This document shows positions 1 to 9,623 of a stretch of 64,000 nucleotides of DNA, piece by piece. Numbering within the stretch: position 1 is the stretch's first letter; each line of letters opens with the position of its first letter. The DNA lies in assembly GCA_900316565.1 (NCBI GenBank), contig ONDK01000010.1:15129-79128 (forward strand), written 5' to 3'. The stretch comes from an uncultured Prevotella sp. Lineage in GTDB: Bacteria; Bacteroidota; Bacteroidia; Bacteroidales; Bacteroidaceae. A program made the position numbers and the translations under genes. Under the pieces are notes generated by a model, which had not been told where the DNA came from, did no database searches, and saw nothing but the letters and a program-made list of their open reading frames with translations.

Positions 1-246
1 TGACTTATCCTTTGCGCCCTGCATAGAATAAAGAGCACCTGCGCTGATAGAGAAGATGTCAGTTGCCTGATACTCTCCCTCAACACCACCAACGAAACCT
101 ACGCGAGGATCAGAGTTGTCAGCGTCTGTGAGGTTTGCAATGTTGATACCTACCTTCGGCTGAAGGTTGAAAGAACCAACTGCGTGCTGTGCATAAGCAC
201 CTACTGAGGCAAGCATAACAGCTGCCATAAGAAGTACCTTTTTCAT
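1..246 (-). CDS. Outer-membrane beta-barrel (porin/PorT-like family) protein; N-terminal part only, runs off the window edge
   Basis: Hand translation from ATG at 246: MKKVLLMAAVMLASVGAYAQHAVGSFNLQPKVGINIANLT...GFVVGVEGEYQATDIFSISAGALYSMQGAK. It has a signal peptide ending AYA-Q and alternating amphipathic beta strands. Not in the ORF track. Confidence 0.75.
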   Translation of the reverse strand, partial: MKKVLLMAAVMLASVGAYAQHAVGSFNLQPKVGINIANLTDADNSDPRVGFVGGVEGEYQATDIFSISAGALYSMQGAKDKS

Positions 247-385
247 GTTTTTGTTTCTTTTAAAGTTGTTTTTAATTATTATCATCTCTCCTTTGAATAT
301 ACTTTACAAAAGTATATCTTTTAAAAGAACTAAACAAGTTTTTTAACAATTATTCTTCACCTAACACAAAAGATTTTGAAATAGG

Positions 386-907
386 TCAAGATTTTGACTG
401 TAAAGATAGCTGCATAACATAAATGTCGTCCCAAATGATAAAGTCTACCACGATGTCTACCCCCTTCTTTGAAAATCTCAAGACGTTTGTATGCTGCTTG
501 TCATTAGTCATTTCGAAGCCCAGGCATCGCAAATCGTCAGCAAAACGCCGGTAATATCCTTTCCACCAGAAGACATACTGACACGGGCTGCTGGGAAGAC
601 TACCATCGATAACTGCAAAACTGTAAATATCATACCGTTTGAAAGCCCTGTAAAGAGGCTTTTGCTTCATCAAGGTAGTGTCAAGATGGGCATGATAGCC
701 CCACAACCGATCTGCCTTATCACTAGAGACAAGCGGATGGAGGCCATACTCCCGGAAGACGCGTGAGGCTGACGCTCCACCGTGGGACTTCATCTTCTGA
801 TACTGCAGACATGTTGTTACAGGCAGTTGCATGCCTCGTCGCTGAGCATGGAGCATCGTACCTGAACCGAGAAACAGGCAGAACAACAAGACAAGAAGAT
901 ATCTCAT
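386..907 (-). CDS. Hypothetical exported protein (173 aa)
   Basis: Start moved to ATG at 907, which overlaps the nadE stop (TAATG) and gives the signal peptide MRYLLVLLFCLFLGSGTMLHA-Q. Confidence 0.65.
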   Translation of the reverse strand: MRYLLVLLFCLFLGSGTMLHAQRRGMQLPVTTCLQYQKMKSHGGASASRVFREYGLHPLVSSDKADRLWGYHAHLDTTLMKQKPLYRAFKRYDIYSFAVIDGSLPSSPCQYVFWWKGYYRRFADDLRCLGFEMTNDKQHTNVLRFSKKGVDIVVDFIIWDDIYVMQLSLQSKS

Positions 908-2916
908 TACTGTAGGGCGTCGCATTCTTCCAGCCATACTGTACTGACGGCGTCGGAAGGCATGCGCCAGTCGCCACGTGGTGACAGGCTCACACTTCCC
1001 ACCTTTGGTCCGTCGGGGAGACAGCTGCGCTTGAACTGTTGGGTAAAGAACCTATATAAGAACGTATGCAGCCAGTGCTTTATGACCCCGTCAGGATATT
1101 TCCCATCAAAGGCCGCTTTGGCCAACATCATAATCTTGGCGGGATGAAAGCCAAAACGCAGGAAATAATACAAGAAGAAATCATGAAGCTCATACGGTCC
1201 CACAAGGTCTTCTGTCTTCTGCGCAATCTCACCTTTATCGTCAGCAGGTGTCAGCTCTGGAGAAATTGGAGTGTCGATGATGTCCAGGAGCACTTTAGTT
1301 ATCTCCACTTGAAGGCTGTTGCAATCGGATGATGCATTCTGCTGTCTGCCCACACCGGTCGAAGCAGCAGGAGAGAGCTGTCCTGTCGTTGCCACATAAT
1401 GTACAAGATAACGGATAAGTGTCTTCGGAATGCTCACGTTCACACCATACATACTCATGTGGTCGCCGTTGTATGTGCACCATCCCAGTGCCAGCTCACT
1501 TAAGTCACCCGTACCGATGACCAGTCCCCCGACCTGATTACTGACATCCATAAGTATCTGCGTGCGCTCACGAGCCTGAGAGTTCTCATAAGTGACGTCA
1601 TGATTAGATGGGTCATGCCCTATGTCTTCAAAGTGCTGCATAACAGCCTTGGCGATGTTTATCTCCCGAACCGTTATGCCGAGATCATGCATCAGCGTTA
1701 TGGCATTGTGATAAGTACGGTCAGTGGTGCCGAAGCCAGGCATTGTAACGCCTACTATACCTTTACGGTCCAGTCCCAGTTTGTCGAAGGTACGCACACA
1801 GACCAGAAGGGCCAACGTAGAGTCCAGTCCTCCACTGATACCGAGGACCACATGTTTTGAATGCGTATGGTCGAGGCGTTTGGCCAGTCCCATAACCTGT
1901 ATGGAGAATATCTCCTCACAACTTGCCGTCATGTCGTCAGTCGAGGGAATGAAAGGATGCGGGTCTACGGTACGCAGCAGTTTCCATTCTTTTTCAGGGT
2001 TCTCTGGTGTCTTCGCGTTGATTAGCAATGGAGATGGGTTGAAATTATCAGGACGCTGTGCGTTGACGTATGTAGAATTGGTACGGCGCTCACTCCGGAG
2101 CTTCTCTATGTCGATCTGAGTGATGACAAGCTGTGGCTTAATCTCAAACCGCTTGGACTCAGCAACAAGTTTTCCATTCTCGTAGACGATGGCATTACCA
2201 CCATAGACGACATCCTGGGTACTCTCGCCAAAGCCACAACCACTATAGACATACCCGCTAATGGTACGTGCGCTCTGCTGAGAGAGAAGACGCTTTAGGT
2301 AAGCGTGCTTGCCAATAAGCTCATCACTGGCAGAGAGATTGAATATGACATCTGCTCCCGCAAGGGCGAGACCATCACTGGGAGGTTCCGGGGACCACAC
2401 GTCCTCACAGATTTCCACTCCCAACTTGGCACCGCCACTAAGACAGAACACCTGTTGCAGAGGAGTAACAAGGACATTCTTGCCGGCATAACGGATTGTC
2501 GTAGGGTGCAGGTCCTGACTCGACGCGAACCACCGTTTTTCATAGAACTCACTGTAATTCGGCAGATAGGTCTTAGGGACAATCCCTAGTATCTCACCAT
2601 GCTGAAGAACTATAGCACAGTTGAGCAACAGTGGCCCGACGACTACCGGTGCTCCGACTATTGCCACGATATCCATCTGCCGGGTAAATTCCAACAGACG
2701 AAGGACACCGGACTCCGCAGCATCTATTAGTGTGTCTTGGCGGAAAAGATCCTGACAGGTATACCCGGTCAAGGATAGCTCCGGAAAGGTTATGACCTCC
2801 ACTCCTTTGCCATCGGCCTCTGCAATAGCAGACTCAATGTTCAATATATTGAACGCCACATCACCAACCTTTACCGAGGGGATGGCAGCAGCAACTGTAA
2901 GATATCCGTACTTCAT
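907..2916 (-). CDS. nadE: Glutamine-dependent NAD+ synthetase
   Basis: N-terminal nitrilase-fold domain (FPELSLTGY, EFYEKRWF, EICEDVW) plus synthetase domain (GISGGLDS, ENSQARERT, FKRSCLPDGPKVGSVSLSPRGDWRMPSD). Confidence 0.96.
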   Translation of the reverse strand: MKYGYLTVAAAIPSVKVGDVAFNILNIESAIAEADGKGVEVITFPELSLTGYTCQDLFRQDTLIDAAESGVLRLLEFTRQMDIVAIVGAPVVVGPLLLNCAIVLQHGEILGIVPKTYLPNYSEFYEKRWFASSQDLHPTTIRYAGKNVLVTPLQQVFCLSGGAKLGVEICEDVWSPEPPSDGLALAGADVIFNLSASDELIGKHAYLKRLLSQQSARTISGYVYSGCGFGESTQDVVYGGNAIVYENGKLVAESKRFEIKPQLVITQIDIEKLRSERRTNSTYVNAQRPDNFNPSPLLINAKTPENPEKEWKLLRTVDPHPFIPSTDDMTASCEEIFSIQVMGLAKRLDHTHSKHVVLGISGGLDSTLALLVCVRTFDKLGLDRKGIVGVTMPGFGTTDRTYHNAITLMHDLGITVREINIAKAVMQHFEDIGHDPSNHDVTYENSQARERTQILMDVSNQVGGLVIGTGDLSELALGWCTYNGDHMSMYGVNVSIPKTLIRYLVHYVATTGQLSPAASTGVGRQQNASSDCNSLQVEITKVLLDIIDTPISPELTPADDKGEIAQKTEDLVGPYELHDFFLYYFLRFGFHPAKIMMLAKAAFDGKYPDGVIKHWLHTFLYRFFTQQFKRSCLPDGPKVGSVSLSPRGDWRMPSDAVSTVWLEECDALQ

Positions 2917-2936
2917 GTGAGTTCTTATTATTGTCT

Positions 2937-4193
2937 TTATTTTATCGTTACCTGAGTGGCTCCATAGCCATACTCACGGAAGCTGGCGTCCTGATAAGGA
3001 TAACCTTTATACTTATAGTTAAGCTCATGGATTATGGCATGACGGAGAACACCCTCGCCTTGTCCATGAATGAAGATTATCTTCTGACCTTTCTTACCTT
3101 TATACTGGTCGAGTGTACGACGGAAGACGTCAAGCTGATAATCAAGAATGTCCGCGTTAGACATTCCGGCGGTAGTATCCAACAGTTCATCGGCATGAAG
3201 GTCGACAACTATTTTATCATCGCGAAGGACCTGTTTTACCTTGGCACTCTTGCTCTGTCCTGGCTCATAACGGCGGATGAGAGGCTTGGAATGATCTTTC
3301 TCTGTCTGCTCAGCGGCAGGTCGCAAACGCGCCGGCATCTTTGTGCCTTCAACCTCTTGGCCTTCTTCATCATTCTTTGAGAACATCTCCTTCTTAAGGG
3401 TCTCCGTGTCAACCATCATCTGATGAGGGACGCGGTCATTCTCAATGACAGTATAGAGCAACGCCGGGATGTCAAAGAAGTCATTGTCCTTAAAGGCATG
3501 CAACTTGAAGAATTTAACAGGGTCTATACGGAATTGCGAGTCGACGGCAGGCTTCAGAAGGAAAGACTTCTCCCGTTTATATGCGACAAGCTGCACTGCC
3601 GCATGCGAAAGGGAGTTGAACTGATTGAATCCCACTTTCTCTATGAAGAGTTTCGTGTTCGGCTCTATCTCTCCTGCCGACCGCATCGTCCAACTGTTCC
3701 CCTCCGCCGTAAGATACGCGAAGCTTATGAAATAGTTGGAGTCATTTATTAAGTAAGTCTCGAACAAAGTGTTAGACAAGTTCTTTATATCCAGTGGCAC
3801 AAAAGCCAGATATACAGAAAGTTTGTCACCGTCCTTGCGTTCACGCGGCTTTGGTGTGAACCCCACCGAAGGGTCATCAGCATCGTCAACGGAATCCTTC
3901 GACGGTGAAAGCACATCAACTTCTGGGGCAACGACATCCTCAGTCTCAGAGAGACGCTGACGGATACTCCTGTTATCCGGCTGCGTCGACGGACCATTCT
4001 GCCCTTCCTTGAGAGTCTCAACCATATGTGCCGTACTGTAGTCATCGTCAGTTACTACCACAACCTCGTTGACTGGGGTTGGAATCTCAAATCCATCCTC
4101 ATCCTCAACCAACACTATATTTTTTCCCTTAAAGCCGGAGATGCGTCCACCACCAGTCTCACTAAGGAATCGAACTTTATCACCTATCTTCAT
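2937..4193 (-). CDS. DUF2027/Smr domain protein
   Basis: N-terminal KOW-like MKIGDKVRFL..GGG; C-terminal Smr motifs VDLH, FIHGQGEGVLR, YGYGAT. Confidence 0.85.
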   Translation of the reverse strand: MKIGDKVRFLSETGGGRISGFKGKNIVLVEDEDGFEIPTPVNEVVVVTDDDYSTAHMVETLKEGQNGPSTQPDNRSIRQRLSETEDVVAPEVDVLSPSKDSVDDADDPSVGFTPKPRERKDGDKLSVYLAFVPLDIKNLSNTLFETYLINDSNYFISFAYLTAEGNSWTMRSAGEIEPNTKLFIEKVGFNQFNSLSHAAVQLVAYKREKSFLLKPAVDSQFRIDPVKFFKLHAFKDNDFFDIPALLYTVIENDRVPHQMMVDTETLKKEMFSKNDEEGQEVEGTKMPARLRPAAEQTEKDHSKPLIRRYEPGQSKSAKVKQVLRDDKIVVDLHADELLDTTAGMSNADILDYQLDVFRRTLDQYKGKKGQKIIFIHGQGEGVLRHAIIHELNYKYKGYPYQDASFREYGYGATQVTIK

Positions 4194-4229
4194 ATTACGA
4201 ACCTAATAAAATGAAACTATAAAATTTCC

Positions 4230-5495
4230 CTATGGCATCAGAAGATTGCAATCGCCATAGCTGAGGAACCGGAAGTCATGACTCAGCGCATAATCGTATA
4301 TCTTCCGCCAATCTCCATGAACAAACGCACTCACAAGGAGAAGCAATGTCGACTGTGGTTGATGGAAGTTTGTAACTAGAATCTTAACAATCTTATACGT
4401 ATAACCCGGTGCGATGATAATCTGAGTACTGCTATGCAGGGCCTCGAGTCCATCACGGTCAAGATATTCTAGCAGGTTCTGGATACTCTCCTTCACACTG
4501 ATAGGACGTCCGTCAACTATAACAAGTCCCTCGTCATTATGCGGGAGATCATAAGGCTCCCACTGATTGACATGCAGTTCCTCTTCCGAAGCGTCGGGGT
4601 TAGTAACGAGTTTCACGCCCATATAATACAGGCTTTCGAGTGTACGGACACTTGTCGTGCCCACGGCAATGGTCTTACAGTCGTGGGCAAGCAGCCGCTC
4701 AAATGTATGGCGGTGTACGACAATATACTCCGTATGCATGTTATGCCCCGCTATCTCCACGCTCTTGACAGGTTTGAAAGTCCCGGCACCGACATGAAGG
4801 GTCAGTTCATCGCGCTGAATGCCGTGTTTGTCAAGGTCGGCCAATACCTTCTCGGTGAAATGCAATCCAGCAGTAGGAGCAGCCACAGACCCCTTAATCT
4901 TCGAATAGACAGTCTGATAAGTTGTCTTATCGCTCTCTTCGGTCTTTCTATTAAGATATGGAGGAATTGGAAGCTCTCCGACAGCGTCCAGTATCTCAGC
5001 GAAGGAGACATTGGAATTATCCCACTCGAAGTCGACCCAATAATTTGTACCGCCACTTCTCTCCGTCGTTTTCGTACGGTCCATGGTGGCTTTAAGGGTC
5101 AGTTTCTGTCCCTTTATCTCGAAGTAGCGCTCAAGAGAGCCATCCTTCCACTTCTTGAGGTTTCCGACCATACACAGCCATGAGCAGCGCCCCGTGGTCT
5201 GGAACATCAGTTCATAATCCGTTGGTTCGGCAGGTTCCATAAGGAACACTTCTATAAGAGCTCCCGTAGCCTTACGGAAATGCATTCGTGCTTGGATGAC
5301 GCGTGTGTTATTGAACACCATCAGAGCCCCCTTTGGCAGATATTCAGGAAGGTTATAGAAGATATCATCACAAACCTTACCATGATTGTATACCAACAAC
5401 TTGGAATGATCGCGCTCTTTCAGCGGGAACTTGGCTATTCTGTCGTCGGGCAGGTTATAATCAAAATCTGAAATATGTATGTTTTTTGTATTCAT
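4230..5495 (-). CDS. queA: S-adenosylmethionine:tRNA ribosyltransferase-isomerase
   Basis: DFDYNLP..IAKFP, PIPPYLNR, YQTVYS, SVAAPTAGLHFT, LHVGAGTF, TNFHQPQSTL, FLSYGD. Confidence 0.95.
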   Translation of the reverse strand: MNTKNIHISDFDYNLPDDRIAKFPLKERDHSKLLVYNHGKVCDDIFYNLPEYLPKGALMVFNNTRVIQARMHFRKATGALIEVFLMEPAEPTDYELMFQTTGRCSWLCMVGNLKKWKDGSLERYFEIKGQKLTLKATMDRTKTTERSGGTNYWVDFEWDNSNVSFAEILDAVGELPIPPYLNRKTEESDKTTYQTVYSKIKGSVAAPTAGLHFTEKVLADLDKHGIQRDELTLHVGAGTFKPVKSVEIAGHNMHTEYIVVHRHTFERLLAHDCKTIAVGTTSVRTLESLYYMGVKLVTNPDASEEELHVNQWEPYDLPHNDEGLVIVDGRPISVKESIQNLLEYLDRDGLEALHSSTQIIIAPGYTYKIVKILVTNFHQPQSTLLLLVSAFVHGDWRKIYDYALSHDFRFLSYGDCNLLMP

Positions 5496-5514
5496 AGTCG
5501 TAATTATAAAATAA

Positions 5515-6210
5515 TCAATGTGCTAAGTAGCAGGCCATGATGACAACTACCACAATGGTGAGCACCAGGACGTTGAGTACCATATCAATGTCGCTGAGGC
5601 TGTAGCCACTGCGTGTGTACTGACTTGAGATATAATGCAGCCGCGGGCTCACCTTAAAGTACAGTTTCCTATAGACAAGGTAAGCGACGAAAGCAGATGC
5701 AGCACCCCAGAGGATACCAACTACGATGTCGGACATATAATGGACTCCAAGGTATAATCTCGTCCAACAGTTTATAAGAGACCAAAAAGCCATGAACAGG
5801 GAGAAGACTCCGTTGCGCACGACAATGGACAGGAGCAGTGCCACGGCCACGGTATTGGCGGCATGGGCAGAGAAAAAGCTGTAGCTCGAGGGATAGTATC
5901 CGTTGACTACCGTAACCACTCCCTTCAGACTGGGATCGCAGACAGGGCGCAGACGTGCCACCGATGGTTTCACTATGAAGTCGGCCATACCATAAGACAG
6001 CAGCAGAGCAAAAGCCACCGCACCTATAAGCAACACCACCTGTGAGAACTTCTCATTGTTCTTAACCACGAGAACTATCAATGCCACATACAGTGGTATC
6101 CATGTAAAACCATTGGTGAGCAGCAGAGCGAGCTCATCAACGAACATAGAATCGCTCCCATTGAATACATACAAAAAGAACCGGTCTATATTTTCTATTG
6201 TCTGTGGCAT
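5515..6210 (-). CDS. PAP2-family membrane phosphatase
   Basis: K-x4-RLRP, SFFSAHA and TRLYLGVHYMSD motifs; several TM helices. Confidence 0.88.
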   Translation of the reverse strand: MPQTIENIDRFFLYVFNGSDSMFVDELALLLTNGFTWIPLYVALIVLVVKNNEKFSQVVLLIGAVAFALLLSYGMADFIVKPSVARLRPVCDPSLKGVVTVVNGYYPSSYSFFSAHAANTVAVALLLSIVVRNGVFSLFMAFWSLINCWTRLYLGVHYMSDIVVGILWGAASAFVAYLVYRKLYFKVSPRLHYISSQYTRSGYSLSDIDMVLNVLVLTIVVVVIMACYLAH

Positions 6211-6316
6211 CTTCTTCCTTTATCTTTCTTCCTTGTTTTAGTTTTACTATTATTTTTCCTCGTTTCGTTTTACCTTCCCTTATCTTTCTCTCCTCATTTT
6301 GTCATTCTTTCCCCGC

Positions 6317-8878
6317 TTAGATTTCCTCCAGCTGATCTGCAGATACCCATCCTTCACGACCATCGGCAAGACGGACAGAGCGCCATTTTGCTATGGACTT
6401 ATCAAGGATATCGACACGGGTTCCCTCGTGAATGACAAAGCTATCGCCAGAACTTGCAGACGGTCCGTTCTTAACAGTAACGGCTGGAGCAGTAATGATA
6501 GCGCCGGTGCGGTTGAGGAGCAGATAGCGTTGGTTGAAAGCAAAGACATTTGACAGGATGAACAACACGAAGAAGAATATTCCTCCATAGAATCCAAATT
6601 GTCTTAGTCTTACCTTCTCCGAGAAGAGATAGAGCAAAGTGGCCACGATAGCTATCAGTAAAGCGATTATAGCCGTGATGGCCCATCCGTCAACACTCAT
6701 CAGATTGACAAGCATCTTATACCATGTGACAAAGAACATTTCCGACTCTGGCGTTATCTTGTCTATGGTCTTCGAGCGTGCCATCTCAAGGTTGAACCTT
6801 ATGTCGCCGTCTCCAGGAGAGAGGAGATGCGCCCGTTCATAAGCCAGCAACGCCTTGGTGATATTGTCAGTCCTATAATAAGCGTTTCCGAGGTTATAGT
6901 AGATATCAGCAGAAACGCCTTTGCTCAGAAGCTCCTGATAGTCGGTGATAGCCTGCTGATAGTTTCCCTTCGAATATTCGGCATCAGCATTTTGCTTGGT
7001 TACAGCACCGGCAGAAGCAGAGACCAAGAGTATACCGAGCAACAGCAGGAGCGTCATCACCTGTCCATTGCCTTTAGCCTGCTTCTGCGCTTTCTTCCTT
7101 GCATTCAGAGCATCTTCTATTCTCATAATAGCAGTCATAGCACTCTCCATAGTACGGTTCATATTACCTTTGGCATCACCTGGAGCATAACGTTCGAACT
7201 CACATTCATGAAGTGCACCGGTGAATTTCTGAACAGTGTCGTCATCGACACCAAGAGTAGAGAGTTTCTCCACGATATTGTCTGAGCTTAGGAGTTCCTT
7301 TGGCATGCTCAACTTGTCGCTGACATATCCCCACAAGGCCCTCATCACCTCATCATAGAACTCATTGCTGCGTCCTTTGAGCATAAGCTCATCAGCGCGG
7401 CGGAGACGTTTCGTCGCAACCTTATTGGCATTGTTACGGCGCATTCCAACAATATCAGAACGCATCAGCACAGTCTTGCGGAAGCTGTATAGCAATACGC
7501 AGAATATTGCCAACAGTACTATCAGTACTATCCAGTAGCCGACAGATGCGAAGAAAAAGTCGCCAATCTGATGGACACTTGCGTCTCCGGTCTTTATCGG
7601 ATGGATGTCCTGGTCCTTAGCATCGTCGAAGGAGCTGATGCCTCCATTGCCGTCGCCCTCAGCGACATTCAGAGTGAACGGCTGAGTCTTGATGGTCCTA
7701 TAACTATTGCTGCCGGTATCATAATATGTGAACTCTATCGCCGGGATGGTGTATTTACCGGGTTTACGTGCGACAAACAGATAGTCGTAGACCATATTAC
7801 CCTCTACGCCACTCTCTGACAATTTAGTCTTATCCGTAATTTTTGTATCGTACTTGTCGAACTCCTTCGGAATATTCACCGCCGGTTCCTTAATGAGTTT
7901 GAGATTTCCGGTACCACTGAGGACAACACGGAGATTGATAGGATCTCCGGCGCGGACCTCTTTCTTCGCAAGCTGGGCCGAGATATTGAAGTGGCCCACG
8001 CCACCGGAGAAGTTCTTCGGCTTTGCCGGGAGTGGTGAGACCTCTATGGTAATACCCGGTGCAGTAACATCACGGTTCACCTCCTTATAGCCGCCACCGG
8101 AGAAGAACGCATCCTCACTGCGGTCCTCCTGCATGACGACACCATGGAAGGTTATTGATGGAATCTTCAGCGTGCCCGTCATCTGCGGATACATAATATA
8201 CTGGCTCCACGTAACGGTGTTATAAGTCCTTCCCTTGAGCGTCTCCTGATGGAACGTCTTCTGCTGTGGAAGCTTCACTTCCTGAGTGTGGAAACCCTTA
8301 AGGTCGGGCATAGCACCGTTGAGCTGCGTCAAGTTCTCCGTGGTATAGACTTTATATGTGAGCATCACGGGTTCCTGCTCGTGGACATGCGTCTTGCTGG
8401 CACTGACAAGGATGAAGAGATCGCCATTGCCGGCGTTGCCGACGACGCGCTGACTACTGCTACGCCGTTGCGCACCCGCACTGCTGCTCTGTGGCGCAGA
8501 TCCTCCCACGGCACGCACATGGACGCTCTCCGAGGTTATATGCCGTCTTCCGGCAATGACATGTGCAGGAGGAATGAGGATGTTCCCATTGCGTGTGGCT
8601 ACAGCTACATAAGATATAGAGACCGTCGTAGAACCACTATAATGTCCATTGACGACCTGATAGCTCGACATCTCCGACTGAAACGGTCCGCCGATTATCT
8701 CCAGTCCGTCGGGAACACGTCCAAGTTCAAATGCAGAAACATCCGAACCCTCTATAACGTATTCTATCTGGAACCTGCTTCCGGTCTCAACCGTCCGTGG
8801 AGCGTTACAACGGACTCGCTGGGCAGTGGCTGACAATGCCACCAAGAGAAACAGCAATATGTGTAGACTTCTTCTCAT
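6317..8878 (-). CDS. batD: BatD-BatE fusion protein (Ig-like BatD repeats, TM, TPR, SH3b)
   Basis: BatD motifs (PKNFSGGVGHF, GTGNLKLI), then TPRs (YYNLGNAYY, AYERAHLLSPGD) and an SH3b end (HEGTRVDIL..W..V.LADGREGWV); last gene of the bat cluster. Confidence 0.87.
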   Translation of the reverse strand: MRRSLHILLFLLVALSATAQRVRCNAPRTVETGSRFQIEYVIEGSDVSAFELGRVPDGLEIIGGPFQSEMSSYQVVNGHYSGSTTVSISYVAVATRNGNILIPPAHVIAGRRHITSESVHVRAVGGSAPQSSSAGAQRRSSSQRVVGNAGNGDLFILVSASKTHVHEQEPVMLTYKVYTTENLTQLNGAMPDLKGFHTQEVKLPQQKTFHQETLKGRTYNTVTWSQYIMYPQMTGTLKIPSITFHGVVMQEDRSEDAFFSGGGYKEVNRDVTAPGITIEVSPLPAKPKNFSGGVGHFNISAQLAKKEVRAGDPINLRVVLSGTGNLKLIKEPAVNIPKEFDKYDTKITDKTKLSESGVEGNMVYDYLFVARKPGKYTIPAIEFTYYDTGSNSYRTIKTQPFTLNVAEGDGNGGISSFDDAKDQDIHPIKTGDASVHQIGDFFFASVGYWIVLIVLLAIFCVLLYSFRKTVLMRSDIVGMRRNNANKVATKRLRRADELMLKGRSNEFYDEVMRALWGYVSDKLSMPKELLSSDNIVEKLSTLGVDDDTVQKFTGALHECEFERYAPGDAKGNMNRTMESAMTAIMRIEDALNARKKAQKQAKGNGQVMTLLLLLGILLVSASAGAVTKQNADAEYSKGNYQQAITDYQELLSKGVSADIYYNLGNAYYRTDNITKALLAYERAHLLSPGDGDIRFNLEMARSKTIDKITPESEMFFVTWYKMLVNLMSVDGWAITAIIALLIAIVATLLYLFSEKVRLRQFGFYGGIFFFVLFILSNVFAFNQRYLLLNRTGAIITAPAVTVKNGPSASSGDSFVIHEGTRVDILDKSIAKWRSVRLADGREGWVSADQLEEI

Positions 8879-8915
8879 ATATTATGTCTTTTAATACAGA
8901 AAAAACGACAAACGG

Positions 8916-9623
8916 TTACCAATTCTTGTCAAGAGAGCGACTTGAAGGCTGCTGCATAGCCTTCTTGAGTTTTGCTTCCGTCTGCTGCTCCTCGTTCATT
9001 GCGGCCTGCAGAAGTTGCTCGGCATTGTCCTTGCTCATCTCACCATTCTGTTGGTTCTGCTGACCACCGTTGTCCTTGTTTTTGTTCTGTTGGTTCTTAT
9101 CCTTGTTCTGATCGTTGTTCTGATTCTGCTTATTCTGATTGTTATTCTTATTCTTGTCGTTATTGTTCTTGTTGTTGGAACCATTGTTCTTCTTCTGCTG
9201 GCTCTGCATCCGCTTACAGAGGACGTAGTTGTAGCGCGCGTCGTTATCACGTGGATTAAGCCGTAGACAGTTCTTGTAAGCCTCTATAGCCTCGGAATAG
9301 TTCTTCTGCGTCTGATAAGCCACACCCATATTGTAATATGCCTGTGAGCGTACCTTAGCGTTAGGCTCAGATTTCACCGCCTGCTCATACTGGTTGATGG
9401 CATCACTGTCCCTGTGCTGCTTCTGAAGTGCACAGCCAAGGTTATACAGAGCCCGCGAGTTGTTGCCGTTCTGTGCCACAGCCTTACGGTATGCTATCTC
9501 AGCATCAGGATATTTGTGCTGAGCATACAGACGGTTGCCCTGACGAATCAAGTCGCGGTCGGTCTGAGCGAAGACACCTTGAACAGTGATGAGAAATATG
9601 ATGAAAAGCAAAAATCGTCTCAT
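8916..9623 (-). CDS. batC: BatC TPR protein
   Basis: Signal peptide, TPRs, N/Q/K-rich low-complexity tract, typical ..AEQLLQA...DKNW C-terminus. Confidence 0.88.
   Translation of the reverse strand: MRRFLLFIIFLITVQGVFAQTDRDLIRQGNRLYAQHKYPDAEIAYRKAVAQNGNNSRALYNLGCALQKQHRDSDAINQYEQAVKSEPNAKVRSQAYYNMGVAYQTQKNYSEAIEAYKNCLRLNPRDNDARYNYVLCKRMQSQQKKNNGSNNKNNNDKNKNNNQNKQNQNNDQNKDKNQQNKNKDNGGQQNQQNGEMSKDNAEQLLQAAMNEEQQTEAKLKKAMQQPSSRSLDKNW

Noticed and set aside
9035-9200. Low-complexity repeat in batC
   Set aside because: The N/Q/K-rich tract is a normal feature of BatC.
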